A stretch of DNA of 64,000 bases, taken from NCBI GenBank assembly GCA_013265495.1, contig MU058716.1, positions 68,264 through 132,263 of the forward strand, in the 5' to 3' direction. The notes under the pieces are model-generated. The model did not search any database. It saw nothing but the letters and a program-made list of their open reading frames with translations, and was not told where the DNA came from. This stretch comes from Vicugna vicugna. Its lineage: Eukaryota. The translations under genes were made by a program, and so were the position numbers. This document shows positions 39,531-53,319 of the stretch, piece by piece (the stretch's first letter is position 1; every line of letters begins with the position of its first letter).

Positions 39531-40567
39531 CTTTCTCCGGGATAACATATTTTTGTGCCTAAAATGAAACTTGAATTGTGCCCTGGGGGCCACGGGGCTT
39601 GCTGCTTTTCTCTCCGAGACTAAGGCTTTCATTTCACAAGGGAGTGAGGCCCCTAGAGCCCCTGCCCCAGGGGGCCACCCCTCCTCCCAGGACCCCACCT
39701 CCAGCCAGGCTTCCCATCTCCCGCCTGACCTCCCGTCTTTCCTGTGAGGACCCTTTGGAGGTTCGTGGAGAAGAGCCTGTGAATGGGTGCAAATTCCCTT
39801 CTGTCCATGTTAGGAGAGAGGGGTTATCTTCTCACTGGAATTCATACTCAGCCTTTAGGAAGTGGTTACAAAGTTAACCGGATTCTTGCCCATGTGCCAT
39901 CCTCCCATATCCTGCACAGCTGTGTCTGATACCCTTAGAGGGACCTGTTTTTCACTAGAAATCAGATAACTTGCTTGTCCTGTGACTTCAGCTCTCTAGT
40001 GAGTACAAAAAAAGTTTTAATTTTTTGGTTTACTTAGTTTGAGAGTGACACACTTTTTGCAACTTTCAATATGCCAGGCAGAAGGAGAACTCCGGATAAA
40101 CTTTTAAGTTGCTTTACATTCAAAACTCAGTAAATTCTTCAAATAATTAACCAAACATGCTATGTATGCATTCGTGCACATACAGATACATGAAAGTGAA
40201 GAGAGGAAAGTTTTCACTTTATTCTAGTAAGTAAAGTTACAAAGAGGTTAATGAAGATTTTCAAAAACACTAAAGTGTGACACAATTTATTGTACAATTT
40301 AGGCCAATTTCATAGTTGATTTATACACTGGCATTTTTTATTAGATGCCAGCGAGCAGGAGATATAAAACTATGGGCCCTCATGTAGCCTGTAAAAAGGA
40401 CAGGAATATATATCAAATGTAAGTTACTACTGGAAGAAATTGCTGATTAACTGTCCCTTTACCCTCAATTATTAAAGATTAATGTTTTACAGCACAATCT
40501 GAGGGAAGCACAGCCTGGGAATCCCATCTCTGCTCTCTCTACACTGTAGATGAACAAATACCAATAC

Positions 40568-40655
40568 CTTATGAATTCTGCTCTTCAAATAGTCCAGAGT
40601 GCTTTTGGTATTTTGCCTCATAGCATTAGTTCTATGGCTTTGCCCAAGCCAACAA
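40568..40655 (-). CDS. Candidate exon containing an ATG (40621): MRQNTKSTLDYLKSRIHK, phase 0 out
   Basis: atttatttcag| acceptor (alternative tttctttag| near 40710); AAG|gtattg donor; in frame with the 36499 exon. Confidence 0.35.
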
Positions 40656-41004
40656 CTGAAATAAATGTCTCCCTCAAAAAGAAATACTTTGAAAAACAAG
40701 TCAAAACCCCTAAAGAAATCAAAAGTAACCATCAAAATTATGGTGTCATCACACTGAAAATGCAGCCAATGGTACCATCAACATCACATGGGCTGCAGAC
40801 AGTCCACCAGCAACAGGGTGGCTGCAAACGACTAACCAGCCCAGTAGAAAAGCTGCTGAGAAAGACTGAACCACGCTAACAGGGGGAGGGAAAAGCTGAA
40901 GAACAGTGTGAGCGCTCGGCTCCAGGTGCACAGAATACACCAGGAAAGGCATGCTCATGGTGCCTGGCATCGTTCCTCACTCTGGGGACTGTGATTTAAG
41001 CCCT

Positions 41005-41667
41005 TGTTACAGTGACAGCCTGGGGTAATGCATTCCTCTCGCTAAAATAAGTTTCTCACCAGATCTATTCTAAGAGCTTACAGCTCTTCACTGAGAATAT
41101 CTCTATACTGGAGGAAATGCTCAGTTTACATGATTTAAACAGAGCCCCCTACAACTGAGTTTCCTTACCGAGGTTATGATTCACCTCTCCATCTAAAACT
41201 ATTCCCTTGTCCCCTCTGACCTCAATCCTGTGCTAACTGAACACTAAACCACAGTCAGAAGACTAAGACAGCTGTTACTGATAGCATCAATGTACTAACA
41301 TTGCCTTGTAGATATCATTAACATACAGACTCAGGCTTTTCCCCCAGGGCAAGATGAGTTCACAGAACCACGAGCCATGGACCACCCTGACAGAGAATCA
41401 TAAACTGGAGACATCCTGACTCCAGAAACCTTGGTTAGGCAATGTCACAGAACCGTCACAAGATGATTTTTCTTTCACAGTTTCTCTGTTCTTCCCCTTT
41501 AAAACATCCCTAACTCAAAGATCAAGATGAAGGCGATCTGAGATTTGTCTCCCACTCCCTTACTTGGTGCCCTGCAAAAAAAAAAATTAAAAAAAAATCC
41601 TTCGCTGCAAACACCTACTTGTCAGAGTTTAGCTTTCTGTGTCACAGGCAACCCTTGCTTGATAACA
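41005..41667 (+). mobile_element. Solo ERV LTR (ERV1-like)
   Basis: TGTTA...TAACA inverted termini; tttaaaa TATA-like box near 41498; attaaa within an A-run near 41586; TSD poorly preserved (ccct/tcat). Confidence 0.7.
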
Positions 41668-41812
41668 TCATGAGAGAAAAGCAAGCATCCTGCATAGTCA
41701 CCAAGAACTTTAAACTTCAAATCACATCAACAGCATGGAGAGTATTTTGACTGATTAGGGTAAAGCAGCAATATATCCAGGATAACGTAAAGCCACACAC
41801 AAAACTCAAACT

Positions 41813-41836
41813 CACACACACACACACACACACACA
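41813..41836 (+). repeat. (CA)12 microsatellite
   Basis: Read directly from the sequence. Confidence 0.95.
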
Positions 41837-43549
41837 AGGAATTCATTTTTTTACCCATACAGGATTTATGAAATTTTCCCTTTCTTGTTTTTTCACTTTG
41901 ATTCCTATCAATCCTATTTCTCCCTCCCTCCCTTCCTCTTTCTCACAAACTTTCATGACAAAAAACTCCTTCTTGTCCAACTCTATTATCTTTCCTAAAC
42001 TCTGCCACATTTCAATGCCTCTTTACAGTCTATTAGTAAACTCATCATTAACCACTGCATTAATCTTTCTTTGCCCAATATATACATACTCCCCTTTCCA
42101 CTGCTGTCTTCTTCCTTTTTTCAAAGTGAGACTTTCCTTTGGGTTTTTTTTTCTCCCAATTCCTTAGATTCTCAATCATCTGCATGTTTCGCATGCCTAC
42201 CCACAGACACTGATGTTTAAAAACTGGAATGAAATGCTGTCTGTATTACTGCTGAGTTACAGTAATTACAAGTTTAGTGGAAGCTTTCCTAGAAGTTAAA
42301 GAGTTAAGCATCAAAAGTAGCAGTTGTGAAGACCAAGACTCAGTGACTCAGTTTACTCTGGTTGAACAATCTCTACTAGATGTATTCTGCTCAATCCAAG
42401 TGATCTCAATGTTTTCACCCTATTTGTTAATGAAATAAAACTATTCAGAAAGCGTAGTACTGACTCATCAGGTTACTGTGGCTTCAAATTCAATATGCAG
42501 AAAATCCTAGGTTATTATTATAACTGGTGTACAGAGACCAGGGAGTAGCTTTATTTTCCTACAAATATTGTCTTTAAACACATTCTGCTTAATCTCTGCT
42601 CCCATTTTACACATATCACATGACTTCTGAGTCATTTTAAAGGATCAAAATCCATGGTCAGTAAGTAAGATTCACCTTTAGGTGAAAAACTTCATCGATT
42701 TTAAATCAAAACTTTCATCTCCTTCTCAACCCAAAGCTTTCCTCCTCCAATACAAGCCTGAACCATGGAGCTATAGTGGGAGAGGTAACACCTGTTCCTT
42801 CACTACCACTTGACCTCTTTCCCTGCCATTTCCGGCTTTTTCTTGAGTCTGTGAGAAATTTAAAGAAAGCAGATGAAATTTTATATTCGCATTTCTCTCT
42901 TGCTGACTCACACTGGGTGACCTCCAATATACCTCTGCACAGCAGGCACGTGGCCTTTTGAAAGTGCAGTACAGGTGGAGTTCCCTGGAGGTCCTGTGCA
43001 GACTTTGGCCTTCTGCATTTTCTAGAATGGGCTATTACAGTCTTGGGATCCACTTGTGCTCACATCCTACCTCCCACCTCCGAAGCATGCGATCCAGTCT
43101 TTTACTTCTGAATTCTCCTTGCCCCAACATGCTATGATATTGCTTTTAACTATCTCTGCCAGTGAGAGTGGAGGACAGAGGCAGTCCTCTTCCATTATGC
43201 CGCCTGATTCCAGTGGCTTTCCTGTTTTTAAACTTCATGGTAGTTCTTTGTTTATTAATGTTTTTCCCACGTAAATAAAGTATACTACAGATGGAAGGAA
43301 TACTCCCCACAACACTGGCATATGCTCAATAAGTAAAAACTGGTATTCTCAGACATACCACTGCAGAGCTGATCAGACTCTGCTTCTTTTCTTTATGAAA
43401 GCACTTTATTAATGTCCATTTGGAAGACATCCAGAAGTAAGATTAATGTTTTTGACTCCTTATAATCATAAATCTATCCTTCCAGGATGTCATGACGCTT
43501 CTTTTTTGACAATATCAAAGGTAAACACACAACCACAAATTCCCCTTAC

Positions 43550-43669
43550 CTAAGGAAATTGACTCTGCTTGTCATTTAAAAGTCTTTTACAACCAAGGAC
43601 CTGAATGTCAGGTCTATTCAGAATAATGAATTTGAAATTGCCAGTGACAAAAGCTCCAACTGTCAGCTT
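43550..43669 (-). other. Candidate 120-nt non-coding (5' UTR) or decayed exon
   Basis: Polypyrimidine tract ctctgttctttttcctgtataaatag|; TAG|gtaagg donor; all three frames contain a stop. Confidence 0.4.
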
Positions 43670-44109
43670 CTATTTATACAGGAAAAAGAACAGAGGGCAG
43701 TGGATTTTACAGATTTGACACTGAAGCATTTCATCACTGCAGACCTCAAACAGTGTAGAAAGCAAAAATGCCATATAATTCACACACAGGCCAACACAGG
43801 CCACAGCATTCAACCTTCTTCCTTTTAAATGCTTCTTCATACAAGTTGGAGTTTGCTTAAAATGCCAGGCTCCATAGCACCAGTTACATACACCTAAATG
43901 CCATTTGCATAGGACACTGAATACACCACAAACAAATATTTGCTTTGTATCTCCTATTTGCTTGTCTAGTTCAAAAACAAGGCTCTTTTGAAGAAGGGGA
44001 TGTGGTCCAGGGAGGCAGCCCTGACAGGGGAAACCCACAGCATACTAATCCCTTTCCCTCGGGCTCCTTGTGGGTGAGGCCACGCTGAGACGAATATTAC
44101 ATACAGTCT

Positions 44110-44628
44110 TGAGAGGAGGAACACCTGCACACACACCCATGGGAGAAAGCATGAGTTTCCTGACATTCTCTATACCTTTTGTTTGCTCCTCCCAGTTAAT
44201 TCTCCAAAATTCTGCACCTTTTGTTCCAGGATAAGGACCCGAAGAGAAAATATCACAGATCCCCATGCCTTCTGCCCTTCCATGTGGCTGAGTCAGCTGA
44301 GAGCCCAGCAGGCTACTGGAGGGAAAGACAGAGCACAGAGTTCTCCAGCTCCCATTGTGAAAGTCCCCTTGGATTGGCAGTGCCCTCCACTCCAGTGAAG
44401 GTCATGGTTTCCCCCAAGGTAGCTGCTCTCCACACAGCTGTCTTCTTCCAGGTTATAAAAACCACTCCCTTCCCTTGTTTCTTCAGATCAAGAGTATTTA
44501 CAGCTGTTATCAGCCCCAGGCTACAACCTTCCACCACTTTAAAAACCATTCCCTTTATTGAGTCATCCTTGAATTTTGGAATTTGGAGTGTGTCACTGCT
44601 TCCTGCTGGAATCCTGGCTGACAGACCT
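44110..44628. mobile_element. ERVL LTR (LTR33/LTR16-like)
   Basis: Ends ...attccctttattgag...gagtgtgtcactgcttcctgctggaatcctggctgaca. Confidence 0.55.
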
Positions 44629-44639
44629 GAGGGTGGACA

Positions 44640-45440
44640 AGACACCTGCTTCATCCCCCACCACTCACTGAGTAGCTTGATTAATGCAGGGCCAGGACAC
44701 ATAATAAACCTTTAATTCATGAATGAATGAAAAAGGAAAGAAAGGAGGAGGGAAAAAATCTGCTTACTGGACTGGTATTTTAAATTAACAGTGGGTTTCG
44801 TGTTCCCTCCTTTGGTGACGACAACGAAGGGACATTCAGATTAATTATAGTGAGTCTCTGCCTTCCATCTTCCCTCCAACATCTCACCTAGACTCTGAAA
44901 ATTGCCTTGACTCTCTCCATTTTGATTTTAGATCTCCTACAATTCACTTCCTGTATAGCAGTCAGGTTCATTTTCCCGAAGACACGTATCAACCCTGTAG
45001 CTCCCAAGGTCCTCACAGGTTTGTAGATCAGATCACCTGACATATAAAATTTTCTTTTGTTAGTTACTTCCATCGTCCTTAGATTCATCTGTCAAATACT
45101 TCATGTAAACCTTCAAACTCTGTTTCAGCCACACTGAACCGCTTCCTTTTTCCAAAGGTATTGTAGTTTTGTGTGTGTGTGAGTGATCCTGCCCATGTGC
45201 TTTTGTTCTTTTTCCCTTTACTCATTCTTTGCCAGAATACTTCCTATAAATTCTTCCAGACCCAAAACAAGCATCATCTAATCCCACAATTCGAGGGCCC
45301 TTTCAGGATTCCCCTGAGCTTCCACAGCACCCCATGCTTTCTTACCTTCAGGCACTGCAACATGCTTTTTATTTCAGTGTCTCCCTCCACTATCTGTCTG
45401 GCACACAAACAGTGCACGATGTTTGTCCAGTGGATGAAGG
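44640..45440 (+). mobile_element. L2 fragments
   Basis: gaatgaatgaa tail at ~44720; tgtctggcacacaaacagtgcacgatgtttgtccagtggatgaa near 45400-45440. Confidence 0.55.
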
Positions 45441-46351
45441 AACCAGTCAAGATGATTGATATGAGCATTACTGCTACTTGATTCAGACCCTACTCCCCCA
45501 TCCTGCTCACTCACTCATATACCCTAAAGGTTCTACACTCTGACAATCATCTGGCATGTATTCTCCAGAATAAAGAACTTCCAATGCAGTGGAGACATGT
45601 TCTTGGGTCAAATAAATTATTAAAGCACATAAGGAGAAAATACTAGTGATCATGGAGGAAAATGAGTAAGAAATTTATCAAATGACAAAGTATAAAACTC
45701 CTTGGCTTTAAAACACTTAAGGTAAAATAGTTCCTTACTTTATAGTTGCTTTAGTAATGTAACATTTGACATTTTCAGGTACTATTAAGGTTTTAAATCA
45801 GTCAGAGATTTTATTTTCATCACTTCAGTATCAAGTGGTTGGCTAACACAATTGAAGAGAGGCTTTATTAGAAAATTATCTGGCTACTCATAGCATCAGT
45901 GAGAGTAACAGAAGATCAAAAACTGAGTAGAAGGAGAAAAGCAAGGATGCCCCTGAGGTCATGGCCACCGGAGCTGCTGAGCAGCCTCGTGAGGCTGCCA
46001 CCCCGGAACACTGTTCTGTTCTCTGTCTCTTAACTCCATGCAGAGCACCTGGATATACACTGAGATTCTGACACCAGGGGAGGCATAACTCTCTAAAAGG
46101 AAATCAAAAGCCATTACCAACAGAATGGAGACTAGGGACACTGAGGTAAAAATACAAAGCCACTATGTGAAACAGCAAATATCCACTGAAATTAGATTTA
46201 GTTATTTTTTTAACTTTTAAGAAAATTTTTAAAACTTAAAACACACATTAGTTAATAAGAGAGGTAATGGTGGACTTAGGGAGTTCAAAATGTAGGCCAC
46301 AGAAATAAGTCTGATGAAGGACTAAAAGAAAATAATTTTTAAATGTGTTTT

Positions 46352-46646
46352 GCAGAAACAAACTCACAGGCATAGTAAACAATCCTATAATTACCAGGTA
46401 GAAAAGGGGAGAGAAGGGATACACTGAGAGTTCAAGAATTGGTAATATTAACTACTATATATAAAATAGATTTTTAAAAACCAAATTTCTTTTGTATAGC
46501 ACAAGAAACTATATTCAGTATCTTGTAGAAATCTATAATGAAAAATATGAAACAAATATATCTATGTATGTGTGACTGAAACATGCTGTACACCAGAAAT
46601 TGACACAACATAACTGACTATACTTCAACAAATAATATAAAAAATA
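46352..46646 (+). mobile_element. L1 3' UTR fragment, same family as 2565-3530
   Basis: actcacagggcatagtaaacaatc...caccagaaattgacacaacataactgactatacttcaa. Confidence 0.88.
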
Positions 46647-47569
46647 ATTAGTCAGTATCAGTGTTCTGTATCATAAAATTCCATTAATCCAGATCTAAGT
46701 TACTATACAAAAACTAAAGTAAAAACTCTTCTAAGTATTTTATTATTTAATGATTTGTTTGTAATATAAAGTCATTTAGTTTGTAAAGGATTTTTCTTCT
46801 ATTTAAATTCCTCAGATTGTTTTCCTTTTTCTTTTCCCCCAGTTTCTGTAGAGGAATATGGCTAATCCAAGGGCAATCTCAGTGGAACAAAGACATCTGA
46901 TGCACCAAAGAAATATGGACTGATAGGAACTGTTCAGAAAAGGAGTTTATCAATCAAGTCGGATGTTCTTATTCTGCGTTGTGCCAATCAGGATGCGCAA
47001 ATCGAACATGGTGCTTTCCGCTGCTGTTGCTGTTGCTGTTTCACATAGCTTGCAGAATGTAATTACAGAATTACAGGCTGTCTACCCAGGATGGATGTCT
47101 CATCTCAAAATAAACTGATCACACACAGCTTGTCCCATTTGTTTTGGTCCCTTTAATATCAATTACAATGACTGTCGGTTTGACACAATTTTAGGACAAA
47201 AATAAGATTATACCTGGTTATGTATCACCCATGGAAGGAAAATTCAGTGTTTCTCAGCTCTATTATACTAGCCTTTTCCATCTCCCTACAACCTGTATGG
47301 TCTTCTCAGGAAAGGAGGCATCAGAGTGACGGGGGCCTAGCAGTGAGCTCCAATACAACACCGACACATTTTCATGCATACAAGCCTCATCTCTTGGTTA
47401 CACTGAGGACTCTCTGGACTATGAACCAACTCACACAAACCTCAGTCAAAAGGCAATTGTTTATGCAACCAAATGGTAAATGTGACTCTGCATTTTGTCA
47501 GAGGTGACTAGGACCTCAAATGAAAAACAGAGACTTTAAACAGTCCCCATTAAGAAGAGTACCCCAACT

Positions 47570-49020
47570 GTTAGTGAACATTACAGGTTAAAGTTTCTGG
47601 AAAGCAGATTCTGAGACAGTTTAGGGTTAAGATACTGATAACGGAGCATCAGTTAAATCAACAATCCTGGAAGGGGAGGAATCAGAATTGAGCAGAGGAA
47701 AAGGCCAAACTGCTGTAAGGTTTGACAGCCTCGCCAGAGCTCAACTGACACTTTGGAGTGGACCTGCTTTGGAACAAAACAAATGAGCCTTTATACTTTG
47801 GCCTCCATCAGTCACTGGATGTGAAATGACCCTGAGAGGACATGCCTTTATATGAGATGGCTATGCCACTGAGACATCATTCAACAGGTAAAGACTATTT
47901 GCTGCAGCACCTGAGGTAACAAGCACTCCCCTCAAGAGGGATCTGGTGGTCCACAGTCCTACTACAGATACCCCCTGTGCACCACTGTGAGTCCTACCTG
48001 CATATATCCTCAAGGAACAGCATCTTCAGGAATCACGAAGCCTCGCTTCTTGAGAGAAATGTAAAAGCAGCTTTGTAGAGAGAAACTGCTGTCCAATCCA
48101 CAATCAACACTGATTTTCACCTTCTTCCACTACCCCTGCAGGATTCCCCGACTCTCAGCTCCCATCTCCTCTGGTCTCAGGGCTTATTTGGTGACACAAT
48201 CCAAACTCTGATCCCGGAGGGGACTGGGTCCCCATTTGGCATGCTGTTCTCAGGCTGGAGTTGCTATAACTGTTCATTTATAGAATAAAATGGACAAGAG
48301 GAATGTCTTACTCTGCTCAGGCTGCCCTAACAGAATACACAGACTAAGTGGTTTAAACAACAGACGTTTACCTCCTCACAGTTCTGGAGGCTGGAAGTCC
48401 AAGGTCCAACAGAGTTGATTTACAGTGAGGCCCCTCTTCCTAGCTTACAGATGGTCACCTTCCTACCATGCCCTCTCACAGCCTTTCCTCTACACATGCA
48501 GGGAGATCTGTGAGCTTTGGTTTCTCTTCCTCTTTTCTAAGTTTACCAGTCTTGTTGGATTAGGGCTCCTTCCTTATATATAACCTCATTGAACCTTAAT
48601 TCCCTCTTTAAGTGTCCCATCTCCAAATGTAGTCACACTAGAGGTTAACACTTCAGCACACCAATTTGGAGGAGGGGACACAATTCAATCCATAAGGAGA
48701 ACCAAGGGTACCTAAACAGTCCACTTTGGTTCCTTAAGTATCACCCTCAACACAACTGTGTATCAGAAGTCCTCATCCTCTTGATGTTAAGCATCAATTA
48801 TTCCTGCCAAGACGGTGTCTGCACCTGCCTGTCAGTCTCTGTAAACAACGAATTCAACGTGCCCAGTTGACTGATGTAGATGGTAATTTACAAGGACCCT
48901 GGCAAAAGTGCACTCTGAGGGACCAGGACATCTAACCCTCAGAGTCCAGAGTTGCAGGGGCAAAAGGCATCCAGCCCCACTCAGATCACTATGAGTGACA
49001 GTACCTGAGATCACAGTTGC
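47570..49020. mobile_element. Old ERVL LTR/internal remnants surrounding an MLT1 insertion
   Basis: aagcagattctgagacag start is LTR-like; downstream sequence resembles ERVL/MaLR internal region. Confidence 0.4.
48304..48695 (-). mobile_element. MLT1/MST-type MaLR LTR
   Basis: ggtttaaacaacagacgttta...cacagttctggaggctggaagtccaagg...ggggacacaattcaatccataa. Confidence 0.85.
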
Positions 49021-52000
49021 TTTTCTCCTATGGTTCTGTCAAAGATAAACACAGCTAAGCATTGGTTAAAGTGGTGAAAACATCTTATTCAGTAATTCCT
49101 GACTGTAGGGGAAAGAGCTGAGCTGTTCTGGGCAATCTAAAAGGAAGAATGAGGGAGAAGGCAGAAATGATGCACATAAATCATACATTTTAAAGTTTTA
49201 GTCAACGTGAATTAGCTATTAATATTATTTTGATTGCATTTTCAAATCAGCTAATCACCTTAGCTGTGGCTTTGTGACAGAACAAAGCTAACTGGTTCCC
49301 AGGAATAACTGCCAATGGAACACCAACTATGAACATGACAACAAAAAAACAGTAATAACATAATAACTAACATTTGTTGTATGATGTACATGTACCACAT
49401 GTTTTACATGGATTATTTCCTTAATCTTCACAAATTTTCCATTAGATAGTTACTATATACTTTTAAATTCTAGGTCACATGGAAAGAAACATGGCCTGTA
49501 CATTCTAAAAAAACACACACACACTTGCATATTTCAAACTGCATGGTCCCAAAATACATGAAACATTTCTCTATAATGAATCAAGAACCCAAATAATTAC
49601 AAAGTAAGACTCATCATATAGCATCTCACTGAGAAAAACAAGAGATTTTGAAGAATTATTAAATGACTTAACTATCAAAGAGTAGGATTTATTGTCCTAC
49701 AAAAGCTAACTTTTTGGATGGAATTTACTCTGTTCATCTCACAGGAAGAAAAACAAAATCAAAGTGTCTGCTACTGTCTTCCAGGGACAGACAATGTCAT
49801 TTGAAACCTTCTCATCACTCTGTCAAGGCTGAAGCCATGGACGTGCACCAACCACTATACCTGAGCACATCAGAGAGAAGGAAAAGGCAAGAGGTGTGCT
49901 TGCACCTATAGAACTGTATCCTGTTCCACGTGGCACCACTGACTAGAGGTCAGCCGTCTCATGAACCACAGCACCAACAGTCACCCTTTGTGGGATATGG
50001 TTCCCAATCCAACTTAAGTAGTTGCTAAAAGTGGATTCTACTGTCTTTAAAATTCCCTGAATGAAATGAAACAAAGCTCTAGACCTTTTGGCTTTATTTA
50101 AATTGTCACATCGCCATCTTGTGGCTGCAGTTGGTAGAAGAGGAAACTGATGATCGCTGGTGATCTCATCTCAAATGTCCAAGCAAGTCAGCTGAGGCTA
50201 AAAATGCTCTGTTGCTATGACTGGCAGCTACTGGATCTGACAGAGGAGAGCCCAACCTCTATATGAGGGTATGACTGCTGAAAAAGAAAAGGCATCTCTA
50301 AATTAAGTATAAAATAAATAAAAACTCAATTAAAATCTGAAAAGGTCTTGGTATGAAGCATCATGTAATGCTCCAGTGAAGGACAGTGAGGTCAGATTTT
50401 CTCAGAAGCATCTACTATTTTCTTTAACTCAGACAATTACAGAATGAGTGCTTTTCAACAGCGTAACAGATGGATTATAGATGGATTATGAATTCAACTG
50501 CATTCAATTCATGCAGCTACAGGTAAATTTAAAGTAGAAGCCACTCGAAGCAGTGTCTCCCTATTTGGCTGATTTGAGAGCTCCACTAAGGACTGCATCA
50601 AGACAAATTCCCGTGCCCATTTTGTTGATTAAATTTCCAACCCTATTTTACTTTATTTGAAACACGAATGGGATGGCCTATTATGGCTGCATACTAACAT
50701 TTAATTATATCTGCTGCAGGTTCATTAATTCACCCAAATTTGTCAACTTTAGTATCAGGTCAAACAGGAAAATTATGAATTTCGTCAAGTGGAAGTTCTT
50801 TTTTTTTTTAACATATTCCAGAGCAGGGAAATCTTCAAGAGAAAGATGATGCATCTGCGTCACCAACTAGGCTAAGTCAGCTGGAAAAGAAGGGGGTGAA
50901 TAGTGGTCCAGGGAGCCAGGGAGGAGGAAAGGGGAACAAAAAGCTGAGCAGGGCAGTTAAAGAAAAGTTAGGTGATGTGGAAGATGGTATTTATTCTGCC
51001 TTAGTGTGAGACTGCTCAGAAACCTATGACTGACGACTATCTCTGTTATACACCAAGAACCTCGAGAGAGAACTAGAGGCAGTTCCCAAGAAGCTGGCAC
51101 CACGGCCAGAATGAGTCATCACAAGGCTGAACAGACTCCAAGACCTCCGGTCTAGCTGGGAGAGGTCTTCCGCAAGCAAGCTGTCCAAAAACACAGATTA
51201 GCTGCTCCACAGATACATCATCGTTTCTAAAACCCTATTCATTGTGGGAGAAGTCCACTGATGAGTAACTTCAAGGCAAGAAAGAGTTCTTACTCTCCTT
51301 CACCTTGCCTCAGCTTGACATCAAACTGTGGCAAAGACCTAAATGGTTTATTAGGTTTGAAGTGACATTTCCACTTCCTTTAAATCCCTAAATTCCATTA
51401 ATTCTTAAAATGTATTTTCTTACTACGGTCTCCCATTGACTCAAGATATGCTGACTTTTATAACCAGTAGAAATATATCACTCTATCTCCACTTCAATAA
51501 ATGATTTCTACCTCCTGTGTTTATTGCCTATTGTTAAGAGATATATAGTCCAGATTATAACGTGGAGAACATTCACTGTCCTTAAACGCATGGATGCTCA
51601 CTTCAGAAGTTAGCAGAGCTATCACACCATCTCAGATAATGGCCTACTCTTTGATCATTATGATAATTGCTTGACAGTGGTCAGCAGATCACTAGAGACA
51701 TTAAGAAATTGAATTACTTGCCCTTGAAATAGAAGGAAACAATGAAGAGAAATCATTTTCATAGGAATAGGAATTCTACTCATCTCAAATATGAATCCTC
51801 TGAGGAGCATTTGTATTAGGGATTCAGATAAATACCATTATAGGACTTTCTGCCTAAAGGAAATGGAAAATAATCTATAAAGAGGAGACATTCTGGGAAA
51901 TTGAAACACTGGCTTCAGTTTCAATGGACATCTTTGTTTGGCTACAACAGTTGCTCAAAAGGATAAAATCCAGAAAGGGTGAATTATCATTTTTACATTG

Positions 52001-52839
52001 CAAGATTAACAAAATACCAACTTAGGTCAAAGTTGAAGATGTACTTGTGTGTATTTCTGTTAGTGTTGAGTCCACCTTGTGTCCCTCCCTGGGAATCAGA
52101 GTTGGCCAGAGGTGGGCAGTCGGGTAAGTTTTGTGGGCTGAGCTGATCTCCATGAGAGAAATGGATGCATGAAGTCCTAGCCTCCTGCTAGACTGGAATC
52201 TGAGCCACCAGTAAGTGGGGCTGCAAGCATATATACTTAAGCCACATTCATGACATACTATGTTTGGTTCTAGTCTTTAAGAAGATATAAGCTTGAATCA
52301 GAAAATCAACATTCTCCCCACTCCTAAACACTCAGCACAGCTGAAGGGGCTGCAGCACTCATAACTCTGGGTCCCAACTTTGTGACTCTCAGAACCTAGG
52401 TTAAGGCACTGACAATGGCATTGTCGAGGTGGGCATCAGCCTCGTGACACACTCGTGCTTTTCACAGCCAGCAGCCATCATGGAGAGGGCCGGCTCTGCA
52501 GAGAAGAATACAGGAGATGTTCACAAGGTTAACCAAAGAGAGACGAGCCTTTTATCTCCGGATTTTCACCTTGTTACAGAGTCATAGCTGAGCCCCTCCC
52601 AGATGCCTCATAAATGTGCAGAACAGTACTGGGGCCCATACTCCCTGGAAGCCTTGATGGAAAGTGAGTATTATGAAGACTACCCCTTGGGTTCTGATCT
52701 TCCTTACGCATCAGCGTAACTGCAAACTTACTCAGACTTCAGAATTTTTATTGTTGGTGATGTGTATGAATTTGAAAAGCATGCAGCCTAATTTTGTGAT
52801 TGTCAGTTGAGCTCACAGGGCAGGCTCTGAAAAACTTAC

Positions 52840-52996
52840 CCATTTGGTCTGACAGTACAACTGATATGAAAATCCTAATTGGTTAATGAACATAGAACCC
52901 TTGGATAACATTCATCTTTCTGACTACTTTCATGGGTCTTCTTCAACTAGTTTTACTCTCATCACATACACCTTTTTATTTTTTAACTTTCATTTA
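52840..52996 (-). other. Weak candidate non-coding exon
   Basis: TGG|gtaagt donor at 52839; possible acceptors gtttcag| (52996) or atatcag| (52860). Confidence 0.25.
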
Positions 52997-53319
52997 CTGA
53001 AACAGCCAAATATGGACATCAACTTGAATAAGCCTCAGAGTAAAAGAAAGGTACACGTCTACAGCTGCCCTGGACAACAATGAGCGTGAAGCAGCTGGTA
53101 TTCTGGCTCCATTCGGGGGTTTTGTTACTGACAAGTGACACTAAGTTACCAGATATAGAGATCTGAAAAAGAAAGTCACTTTGTCTATTCTTGAGCTGGC
53201 TCAGGGAATTCTATAAGTGCGTGAGCATCTTCCTCTAAACTTGGTGTCTTCTCTTGTTGCCTGTCCCTCAGCAGAAGCCTGAATTGGGCTGGTGAGAAAA
53301 GCACCAAGTATAAGATGAA

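Noticed and set aside
40610..40710. Alternative frame VVGLGKAIELML resembling an enoyl-CoA hydratase motif
   Set aside because: Short, followed by stops, no other supporting exons; probably chance
42715..43330. Protein-like minus-strand frames near 42.7-43.3 kb
   Set aside because: Multiple stops, no clear acceptor, peptide not recognised
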